A stretch of DNA of 39,531 bases from a virus (lineage: Duplodnaviria; Caudoviricetes). Below the pieces are notes generated by a model. The model had not been told where the DNA came from. It searched no databases and saw only the letters and a program-made list of their open reading frames with translations. Position 1 is the stretch's first letter, and each line of letters begins with the position of its first letter. Of the stretch, positions 1 to 7,562 are shown in pieces. The stretch is taken from positions 1-39,531 of the IMG/VR virus record IMGVR_UViG_3300037506_000146; one strand, given 5' to 3'. A program made the translations under genes and the position numbers.

Positions 1-99
1 CAACCCCCGATAAGAGCGATGTAAGGACTAGGTTTGGTTGTTGTTCTTTAGCCGTGTGTGGAATTACCGGTTGATCGAATGACTGATTTACAGAACATA

Positions 100-290
100 C
101 CGATCCACCGAACCTAGGAATACGTCTAGTGTTGTTTTCTTTCAGGGTGGTATTGCGAGTGATCGAATTACCGATCCTCCGAACCATCCGATCCTCCGAA
201 CCATCGATCCATCCGAACCATCGATCCATCCGATCCTCCGAACCATCCGAACCATCCGAACCAGGAATACGTCTAGTTGTTGTTCTTTGT
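100..290. repeat. Degenerate 8-9 bp tandem repeat array (CCGATCCT / CCGAACCAT / CGATCCAT) flanked by two copies of CCGAACC(T)AGGAATACGTCTAGT
   Basis: About 11 units at 171-263; longer direct repeats at 108-130 and 256-277. Confidence 0.9.
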
Positions 291-420
291 CTGTGTGTTA
301 TTTGGCTCTATAGATTCGTTTAGTGGATGAAATTATGGTTCATTGATAAGAATTGTTAATGATTTATTTTTTTTTGGTTTATGCCTGTATAATATATTAT
401 TAATAAAAAGATTATGCATA

Positions 421-562
421 TATAATTAAACTTACTAGTAATTAGACTTATCCATAATATTACTGAAAAGAAAAAAAAAAATATAATATATACAATTAAA
501 CTTACTAGTAATTAGACTTATCCATAATATTACGTAAAAGAAAAAAAAATATATAATATATA
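421..562. repeat. 70-bp tandem duplication in the AT-rich region
   Basis: 421-490 and 491-560 are near identical (AATTAAACTTACTAGTAATTAGACTTATCCATAATATTAC plus A-tract); each contains the palindrome TTACTAGTAA. Confidence 0.95.
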
Positions 563-594
563 TAAGGGGTGATTAATAAAAAAGCGAGAACTCG

Positions 595-633
595 CTCGTA
601 TTTGGATCGGCAGGAATCCGAACCGAATACGAG
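595..633. repeat. Imperfect 16-bp inverted repeat / hairpin
   Basis: CTCGTATTTGGATCGG (595-610), 7-nt loop, CCGAACCGAATACGAG (618-633); 2 mismatches. Confidence 0.75.
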
Positions 634-834
634 AGGATGAGATGATTTTTTGGTGAGAATTACCCACTTAAAAATTGAGTGTGTAACGAACATACCTACA
701 AAGGCTATAACACTCGTATTGGGTCGGTTGGTATGATCGAACCTGCATTGCCTATTGCCTAGGTTACAGGACGTATTTGGGGCATATCTGCAAGTACTGA
801 ACTCTCTACTAGGACTGTATTAGAGTCTGTAAAA

Positions 835-863
835 TTGTGGGTTTATTGATTCTTTTGTATAAT
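835..863 (+). promoter_or_regulatory. Putative sigma70-type promoter
   Basis: TTGTGG (835-840), 17 nt, TATAAT (858-863). The AT-rich context lowers specificity. Confidence 0.5.
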
Positions 864-876
864 ATTTTGTGGTCAA

Positions 877-901
877 AATGAGAATGATTATCATTCTCAT
901 T
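877..901. promoter_or_regulatory. Fur-box-like perfect palindrome
   Basis: AATGAGAATGAT-T-ATCATTCTCATT. The core GAGAATGATTATCATTCTC (880-898) matches 16/19 of the canonical Fur box GATAATGATAATCATTATC. Confidence 0.7.
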
Positions 902-1079
902 CTAATTCATTAATTATTTCTATACACAGTAGTCCATCTATACAAATTACTAATATCAAAATTTCTTATCAATCAGAATTGTTTGATTTGAAAATTGTAT
1001 GGTTTACAATTCGTTAATTAAAATTATTAATTCTTTAATTTAAGAGTCTTTGTTAATTAAATTTATTAATTATTTACGT

Positions 1080-1095
1080 TGATAATTGATTATCA
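1080..1095. promoter_or_regulatory. Second Fur-family-like site (7-2-7)
   Basis: TGATAAT-TG-ATTATCA: perfect Fur half-sites but with a 2-nt rather than 1-nt spacer. Confidence 0.35.
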
Positions 1096-1359
1096 CTCGT
1101 ATTAAGTCAATTTATATATAAGAGGCGGGTAATTAGATTTATTAATATATGCGTTCCTTATCACAAATAAATTGATATATAAGGATACCTTATCGTCTAT
1201 TGTTTGAGTTCAAACAGTCCTTGCTCGTCCTAAAAAAGTGTGATTTTTACCGCGTGCGCTTAGTCACCTAGTACATGGTAGTACATTTAGTTACGAACAA
1301 CATTAAAGTACGGACATAGGGGGGTTGACTTTTGGATTGATTTTGCATAACACGACCTA

Positions 1360-1434
1360 ACAATTTTTACATAAATTTCTTTCAAGAATATAAATACCCT
1401 CACAATTTTTACATAAATTTCTTTCAAGAATATA
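1360..1434. repeat. 33-bp exact direct repeat, 42-bp period, just upstream of the first virion-arm gene
   Basis: ACAATTTTTACATAAATTTCTTTCAAGAATATA at 1360-1392 and 1402-1434. Confidence 0.95.
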
Positions 1435-1467
1435 GATACAGTCAGACCGTGCTACTCATGGAGTGAG

Positions 1468-1824
1468 TTGAATGAGTACAATACAATGCCGAACCCTCCT
1501 GAGTATGAAGAGGCCCGTAGAAAGGCCAACTACGGCAAAGAGCAAGGAATATCGCCGCTCAGTGCGCATGTGGCGCTCAGTGCGTTAGCGAGTGTCAACA
1601 CCTTAACGGTGCCTGATGGTGGAGCGAGAAAGCTGTTGTTTCAAGTGACGACCGGGGCTGTGCGCGTCACGTTTGATGGAACAACACCAACGGCAAGTGT
1701 TGGATTTCGGTTTGCCACAGATGCAACGGCGGTACCCACGTTTTTTCACGTGTCATCGAGCACCGTGATCAAGGTGATTGAAGAGACAGTCGGATCCGTG
1801 GTGCAGTATCAATGGTGTAATTGA
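1468..1824 (+). CDS. Small beta-rich protein, probably virion-associated
   Basis: 118-aa ORF with GGAG upstream (start could be ATG 1486); Thr/Val-rich strands (VRVTFDGTTPTASVGF); coupled to the next ORF by TGATG. Confidence 0.7.
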   Translation: MNEYNTMPNPPEYEEARRKANYGKEQGISPLSAHVALSALASVNTLTVPDGGARKLLFQVTTGAVRVTFDGTTPTASVGFRFATDATAVPTFFHVSSSTVIKVIEETVGSVVQYQWCN

Positions 1825-1988
1825 TGATTTGGGAAACGGGATTTAAGCGCTTAGAGCTGCCAGAGATTGGGAAACCCAGAGGGGGTGGAGCAGGTTCAAC
1901 TGTATTACCTCCAGAGGAATACCGCATCGTGGATGAGGTTGACGATTTTTTGATTACAGAGACAGGCGATTACCTGGTGTGGGTGTAG
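1824..1988 (+). CDS. 54-aa protein missing from the ORF track; probable fibre-associated peptide
   Basis: ATG 1824 overlaps the upstream stop; translates MIWETGFKRLELPEIGKPRGGGAGSTVLPPEEYRIVDEVDDFLITETGDYLVWV*; fills the gap exactly. Confidence 0.75.
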   Translation: MIWETGFKRLELPEIGKPRGGGAGSTVLPPEEYRIVDEVDDFLITETGDYLVWV

Positions 1989-1994
1989 AGAACG

Positions 1995-3872
1995 ATGGCA
2001 AACAAACGATATGACCAACTAACGGCCCTTTCGGGTACAGTCAGCTTGCTGGATTTGGTGACGTTGTGGGACACATCCACCAATACGACGGTACAAACGA
2101 CGGTGCAGAAGTTAGCGGATGCCGTACCGACCCAACAGCATACACATGTCAAAGCAGATGTAACCGACTTTGCACATACACATCCAAAGTCTGAGATTAC
2201 AGATTTTGCCCATACCCATCCAAAAGCAGACATCACAGACTTTGCACATACACATCCAAAGTCTGAGATTACAGATTTTGCACACACGCATGTCAAATCG
2301 GATGTCACCGATTTTTCACATACACATCCAAAGTCTGAGATTACAGATTTTGCACATACCCATGTCAAATCGGATGTAACCGATTTTGCACATACACATG
2401 TCAAAGCAGATGTCACGGACTTTGCACACACGCATGTCAAAGCAGATGTAACCGACTTTGCACATACCCATGTCAAATCGGATGTAACCGATTTTGACCA
2501 TGGTCATGTCAAAGCGGATATTGTCGATTTTGCACACAGTCATTCAGATGCAACGGCAAGTGCGTCTGGGTTTATGTCGTACACCGACAAAAACAAACTG
2601 GATGGGATTGCAGCCGGTGCAACGGCGAATGCCACCGATGGGTTTTTGCTAAACCGGGCGAATCACACGGGAACACAACTCGCCTCAACCATTTCTGACT
2701 TCACCGAAGCCACCCAAGATGCCGTTGCATCAGCACTCACAGACACGTCAACCATTGATTTTACCTATAACGACACGAGCAACACGATCGCGGCTGACGT
2801 ATTAGATGCCTCGATCTCCAATGCCAAGCTGCGGCTATCGAGTGCCACGACGGTCATCGGTCGAAGTGCCAATACAGCCGGTGCTCCAGCCGATATAGCC
2901 GCCACGGCTGACGGTCAGGTATTACGGCGATCGGGCGGGACACTAGGGTTTGGCGTGCTTAACATCGATGATCTCAATGATGTCGTAATCACATCACCCA
3001 CGAGTAACCAGGTGATTAAATACAACGGTACCAATTGGGTGAATGGGTCAGATGATGGGGGTTCTGGGAGTGGTGATAACATTTCCGTCAATGGCACAGC
3101 AGCCATCGATGCTGATTTTGATGACACAACACCAGCCGCACCGGCGAATGCGCGCAATGTCAAGTGGCAAAAAGACACGAACTCACCCAACAATATCAGC
3201 GCTTACATCAATAAGACCGACTGGAACGCACTAACGCCGCTGACGACCAAAGGGGATTTGGTGATCAGCGATGGAACCGACCCGATCCGGGTCGCTGTTG
3301 GATCCAACAACCAACTGCTGGTGGCTGATTCGGCTCAATCGTCTGGGGTTCGCTGGACAGATGCACCATCTGTATTGACCAGAGCGAACACGTTGCAAAC
3401 GGTGGTAAACACAACCACAGAAACCTCTGTATTTAGCTTTTCGGTACCGGGTAACACGCTTGGAACAACCCGCATGATGAGGTTAACGTTGCTTGGTGAT
3501 ATCTTGAACAACTCCGGGGCAACCGTCACCTTTACACCCAGAATTAAGTTTGGAGCAACAACCCTATATGCTGATGCTATCTCATTGTCAACAAGTGGGA
3601 ACCGACGTGGTTTTTGCGCAACGATCTACTTAAGTGCTCAAAATGCAACGAACGTACAAACACTTGGTGGACACTTAACGCTAAGTGGTAATGGCACAAC
3701 TACGACGGGTATTGGTGACTTTGGAGCATCGTCAACAGGGGACACTGCGATTTCGGGTTCAGCGGCCATCGATAGTACCGCTGCACAGACCTTTACGGTG
3801 ACCATCCAATTTGGTACCGCTAATGCAAATACAGACTTCAGAAGACAGTACGCAATTCTGGAGTTGCTATAA
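1995..3872 (+). CDS. Tail/head fibre protein with 12 HxH repeats
   Basis: 625 aa, Thr/Ser/Gly-rich; 12-aa repeats HTHxKxD/ExTDFA; fibre-type motifs GFMSYTDKNKLDGI, ANHTGTQLASTISDF, LTTKGDL. Confidence 0.85.
   Translation: MANKRYDQLTALSGTVSLLDLVTLWDTSTNTTVQTTVQKLADAVPTQQHTHVKADVTDFAHTHPKSEITDFAHTHPKADITDFAHTHPKSEITDFAHTHVKSDVTDFSHTHPKSEITDFAHTHVKSDVTDFAHTHVKADVTDFAHTHVKADVTDFAHTHVKSDVTDFDHGHVKADIVDFAHSHSDATASASGFMSYTDKNKLDGIAAGATANATDGFLLNRANHTGTQLASTISDFTEATQDAVASALTDTSTIDFTYNDTSNTIAADVLDASISNAKLRLSSATTVIGRSANTAGAPADIAATADGQVLRRSGGTLGFGVLNIDDLNDVVITSPTSNQVIKYNGTNWVNGSDDGGSGSGDNISVNGTAAIDADFDDTTPAAPANARNVKWQKDTNSPNNISAYINKTDWNALTPLTTKGDLVISDGTDPIRVAVGSNNQLLVADSAQSSGVRWTDAPSVLTRANTLQTVVNTTTETSVFSFSVPGNTLGTTRMMRLTLLGDILNNSGATVTFTPRIKFGATTLYADAISLSTSGNRRGFCATIYLSAQNATNVQTLGGHLTLSGNGTTTTGIGDFGASSTGDTAISGSAAIDSTAAQTFTVTIQFGTANANTDFRRQYAILELL
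2139..2543 (+). repeat. 36-bp coding tandem repeat (11 full units plus a 12th HxH)
   Basis: HTH/HGH/HSH every 12 codons from aa 49 to 183. Confidence 0.95.
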
Positions 3873-4148
3873 GTGCTATTTTTAACGTCAGTATATAGGT
3901 GGAAAAATGAAGTGAATTGGTTAGATATTGCGTCAAAATCTGTACCACTTTTTGCCACAGGCATATCGTTTACCATTGCGATATTTGGTCTGGCACTCAG
4001 TATCCATATTCGGTTAGACCGTTTGGAACGACAGTCACAAAGCAACAACGATAAACTTAATCTTATTGAAGCCAGGGTTGTGGAAGATCATTACAACATA
4101 CGAGAACTTAAAAATAAACGTGATTGTGTCGGTTTAGGAGAAAAGTGA
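3873..4148 (+). CDS. Single-TM plus coiled-coil protein, possible holin or lysis accessory
   Basis: Hydrophobic VPLFATGISFTIAIFGLALSIHI followed by a heptad-like tail; real start may be GTG 3912. Confidence 0.55.
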   Translation: MLFLTSVYRWKNEVNWLDIASKSVPLFATGISFTIAIFGLALSIHIRLDRLERQSQSNNDKLNLIEARVVEDHYNIRELKNKRDCVGLGEK

Positions 4149-4483
4149 TGATTGATCTTGCGAATTTAACGGGTGCTCAAGAATTTGAAAAGAATAAAAA
4201 AGCGGTCAAGCAGGCAAGAATTGCAGAGGTAACCAGCCTGATCGTCAGCTACAATTTAACGTTAGACGATATTGAAGATTATTTAGATACACCAACAGCG
4301 TCCGAGAAATTGTCCTATTTCAACCGGGAATACACCAAATCGGAAACGCAACGAGCGCTAGCGGCTAGGGCACAGGAAGCACGGAAAATTCAGGCTGAGC
4401 GCGATCGCACAGATAAGGAAATCAAGCGGTTGGAAAAAGAACTGAAGTTATTGCAAGAAAAGAGAAAAAATACTGAGGCTTAA
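4148..4483 (+). CDS. Hypothetical coiled-coil protein
   Basis: ATG 4148 overlaps the upstream TGA, with AGGAG upstream; charged helical C-terminus. Confidence 0.75.
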   Translation: MIDLANLTGAQEFEKNKKAVKQARIAEVTSLIVSYNLTLDDIEDYLDTPTASEKLSYFNREYTKSETQRALAARAQEARKIQAERDRTDKEIKRLEKELKLLQEKRKNTEA

Positions 4484-4487
4484 GTAA

Positions 4488-4961
4488 ATGGGTGGAAGCA
4501 AAAAAAGCAAAAATACTGTCGATCAAAAGACAAGACAAGAGCAGTTAGCATTAGAGCGTGAGCGTCTAGAGCTAGAGCGTCAAGCTGCTGCGGCAAGAAC
4601 GAATGAACTCTCTTTGTTGCGTCAACAAGTTGATCAACAAACCCAAGCCTACAATGCACAGTATTCGCTGTTACAACAGCAATCTGCGGAAACAGGCCAA
4701 AGAGCGTTGGAATACCAGAAACTGCTTGAAGGAATCAATGCAGCGAGTGATCAGCAAGCATCGTTAGCGTTATACGACCGAACGAGACAACAGCTTTTGG
4801 CGGATGAGTACGCTAGGTCAATCGGGTTACAAACTGGACTCATATCGAGTTCAGTCTTAAACCGTGGAAAGTTGCAAGATAAAAAACGACAACAAGCCAC
4901 ACCAAGCTATACTCAATCTGAGAAGCGATCGTTGTTATCGGGTGAAGCCAAACCCCGGTAG
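4488..4961 (+). CDS. Gln-rich helical protein, probable small internal virion/ejection protein
   Basis: MGGSKK N-terminus and Q/A-rich helices typical of small podovirus virion proteins. Confidence 0.65.
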   Translation: MGGSKKSKNTVDQKTRQEQLALERERLELERQAAAARTNELSLLRQQVDQQTQAYNAQYSLLQQQSAETGQRALEYQKLLEGINAASDQQASLALYDRTRQQLLADEYARSIGLQTGLISSSVLNRGKLQDKKRQQATPSYTQSEKRSLLSGEAKPR

Positions 4962-5008
4962 CCGAGTTGAGCCTAAAACTGCATCTCAATAACACGATAA
5001 GTGCTAAC

Positions 5009-5037
5009 GTCTCCTGTGTATTACAGGAGACTTTTTT
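5009..5037 (+). terminator. Intrinsic terminator overlapping the next RBS
   Basis: GTCTCCTGT-GTATT-ACAGGAGAC followed by TTTTTT. Confidence 0.75.
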
Positions 5038-5286
5038 ATGGTCATCAGCAAAGAGTTAAAGCGTGAATTGATGGCGTTTATGCTAACGGTTTCTGCGATG
5101 TTAGTTACAAAAAACATCAAAGACCTAGAAGCGATCCTTATGATTTTGGAAAAACTAGTAGCCATCGTAAAAAAAGAGATTGGTAAAGACGGGCATGTAG
5201 TGGGTGTTACCATGCTACCGAGCGACATGGCCGGGTCTAATGTCATGTCATTGTACGAACACATAATGTCCGATGTGCTTGATTAA
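5038..5286 (+). CDS. Hypothetical protein
   Basis: 82-aa ORF, AGGAG upstream, in operon orientation. Confidence 0.65.
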   Translation: MVISKELKRELMAFMLTVSAMLVTKNIKDLEAILMILEKLVAIVKKEIGKDGHVVGVTMLPSDMAGSNVMSLYEHIMSDVLD

Positions 5287-5322
5287 TTAGACCAGAGACT
5301 ATCCATTTGGAGGGATTAACCA

Positions 5323-5877
5323 GTGCCATCAATCAAATACCCAAAGACTTGGATCCAGGAAATCCAAGCGAGGTTTGTCCAGGGCAAATACGGTAAACCC
5401 TATGTGTATAAGGGTCGTACTACAGATGCTACACAAACCGAAATCTTCATCGAGGGAAAGACCAATCGGCGTCTTTACCTTCCCAAAGCACAAGGGGCCG
5501 GGGTTGTTTATATAACGGGTATGGCCTACAACCTAACGGACGGTAACGTGATGACAAATTGGAATCGTGCGGCGATTGCATTTGAGCGGTTAGCCAACGG
5601 TACGTTCCAACTGGCAAATGGTGTAGATTTAGACGGTGCAGGTACTGAAAATAATCCACTAGTCATCGGGACAGCCGCTACGGCTGCTACGATGATCCGA
5701 TCGGGGGCGTCTGCGAACGTACTAGCGCTTGATGTCCAGGGGATAACATCGGTGGATGACCCATTCATTCGTATTCGAGTAACAGGTCAAGCGTCTAAGA
5801 CGATCACTTGGCGGTTTGAGGCGGAACCTCACTACATCGCCTATGAAACGGAGCAGTCGTTAACCGAAGGTGTTTAA
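5323..5877 (+). CDS. Beta-rich protein, probably structural
   Basis: GTG start with GGAGG; 184 aa; stop overlaps the terminase start. Confidence 0.75.
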   Translation: MPSIKYPKTWIQEIQARFVQGKYGKPYVYKGRTTDATQTEIFIEGKTNRRLYLPKAQGAGVVYITGMAYNLTDGNVMTNWNRAAIAFERLANGTFQLANGVDLDGAGTENNPLVIGTAATAATMIRSGASANVLALDVQGITSVDDPFIRIRVTGQASKTITWRFEAEPHYIAYETEQSLTEGV

Positions 5878-7562
5878 TGGCTAGACGGAATGCCCAACCA
5901 CGCATACCCAGCCGTGAACAAAAAATCACGGCTCTATACGACTATTGGGCATTCCTTGACATGATTAGCTTTCACGGTGGTGTAGCTAATTTTGGTCGGT
6001 GTCACTTTGAGGTAGCTAGATGGAATACGAGGATAGGCGGGAAAAAACGACGATTGCACTTACTGCCACGGGGTCATCTGAAGAGCACTTTACTCTCAGT
6101 AGGGAAGTCTCTTTGGAGGATTTACCAGAATCCGAACGTCAGGCGCTTTGTTGGATGTTCTGGAAAGGAATTATCGACATCCTTTATCCGGGAAGTGAGG
6201 GCATATTTGGAAGACCCATGGCTCCAAGAACATGTCTGGAACGACCGCCCGCACATTGAAGGGCGTCTTATTCCGGTGATGGATCGTGCTGGTCGGCAAC
6301 GTCGTAGTGAAGATACAGAGGCAGAAGATAAAAAGATTGTGTGGCGCAACGATGCCATCCAGGTGTTGCGTCCAGACATCATGAAAGAGCCAACCCTGGT
6401 GGCTGGGTCTGTAGGATCGATTGCAACCGGGTTTCATTATGACGAAGTGGTTTTTGATGACATTGTTACCTTTGATAATTCGGACACACCAGAAAAACGA
6501 GAACGTCTCTTATCGTGGATCCAGGACATTGAATCCGTTCTTGACCCGGTTTGGCGTGATGAGTGGTTGGAAGAAATCCTGAAGAATGTTGGAGTACCCG
6601 ATACACACGCTCGAAAAATCAGCCAGACAGGCGGTGAAATCGATGTATTGGGTACCCGTTATGACAAAGATGATTACTACGGAAATATACTAGAACGACA
6701 AGAAGATTTAGGGTTTGAAGCCTACATCAAAAATATTTACAAGAACGGAAAAGATGATCGCGATGGGTATCTCTGGACGAACCGGATGAGCCGGAACTAT
6801 GAGGAACAGTTGCGTCAGTCCATGTCTGCTCGTCGGTTTGGGTCGCAATACCTCAATACGATCCTGGCTCCTGAAGAGCAGGTCTTATCGAGCGATCGAA
6901 TCCAATACTTACATCCATCCAGTATCAGAATTAAATCTGAAGGTATTGTTGAGATTACAAGAGGGGATAAAGAAATCCTGATCCGTCCTGTGCTGGTGAT
7001 TGATCCGGCTGCTTCGATCAACAGACGGGCTGACTATACCTGTATTGGTGTAGGTGGATGTGATGAAGACAAAAATCTCTACGTCCTAGACCTCAAAATG
7101 GGTCGCTGGAAAACCGATGAGTGGATTAAAGAGATGTATAACCTTGCCGATAAGTGGAAATTGAACGCAATCCACATTGAAACGGTTGGGTTTCAGGCTT
7201 CATTGGTGTTCACAATCCGCACCTTTTTCGCTCAATACCGCCCGATGGCCATCCGGGATTACCGCCCGTCTCAGATGATCTACGGTCGAGAGAGACGGGA
7301 CAACATCGCCACAAACAAAAAGGAACGGATCGAAGCTATCTTACAGCCCGTGTTTTCAAATTCCATGGTGTTCATGCAGAACTATCTGGGTTCGGACACG
7401 GAGCTTAAAGATCAAATCAATTTTTTCCCGCGATCCACCTCACATGATGATGCGCTAGATGTTCTGTGCATGATGGTAGAACTCGGTAGACCACCGATTA
7501 AAACAAAAATAGATAACAAAGTACTGTATTTTCGTAATAAAAAATATGGGGGATTGCGATGA
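5877..7562 (+). CDS. terL: Terminase large subunit
   Basis: Walker A-like PRGHLKST, Walker B VVFDD, coupling motif GTRY, nuclease motifs IDPA, ADYT, HDDALD; lies upstream of the portal. Confidence 0.93.
   Translation: MARRNAQPRIPSREQKITALYDYWAFLDMISFHGGVANFGRCHFEVARWNTRIGGKKRRLHLLPRGHLKSTLLSVGKSLWRIYQNPNVRRFVGCSGKELSTSFIREVRAYLEDPWLQEHVWNDRPHIEGRLIPVMDRAGRQRRSEDTEAEDKKIVWRNDAIQVLRPDIMKEPTLVAGSVGSIATGFHYDEVVFDDIVTFDNSDTPEKRERLLSWIQDIESVLDPVWRDEWLEEILKNVGVPDTHARKISQTGGEIDVLGTRYDKDDYYGNILERQEDLGFEAYIKNIYKNGKDDRDGYLWTNRMSRNYEEQLRQSMSARRFGSQYLNTILAPEEQVLSSDRIQYLHPSSIRIKSEGIVEITRGDKEILIRPVLVIDPAASINRRADYTCIGVGGCDEDKNLYVLDLKMGRWKTDEWIKEMYNLADKWKLNAIHIETVGFQASLVFTIRTFFAQYRPMAIRDYRPSQMIYGRERRDNIATNKKERIEAILQPVFSNSMVFMQNYLGSDTELKDQINFFPRSTSHDDALDVLCMMVELGRPPIKTKIDNKVLYFRNKKYGGLR

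Noticed and set aside
448-526. DnaA boxes (TTATCCATA x2)
   Set aside because: One mismatch at a conserved position, duplicated only because of the 70-bp repeat; the phage encodes its own T7-like replisome.
129-693. Short ORFs 129-323 and 505-693
   Set aside because: They run through non-coding repeats and A-tracts and have no convincing RBS.
1970-2543. Antisense and alternate-frame ORFs with CVCAKS repeats
   Set aside because: They are shadows of the 36-bp coding repeat in the fibre gene.
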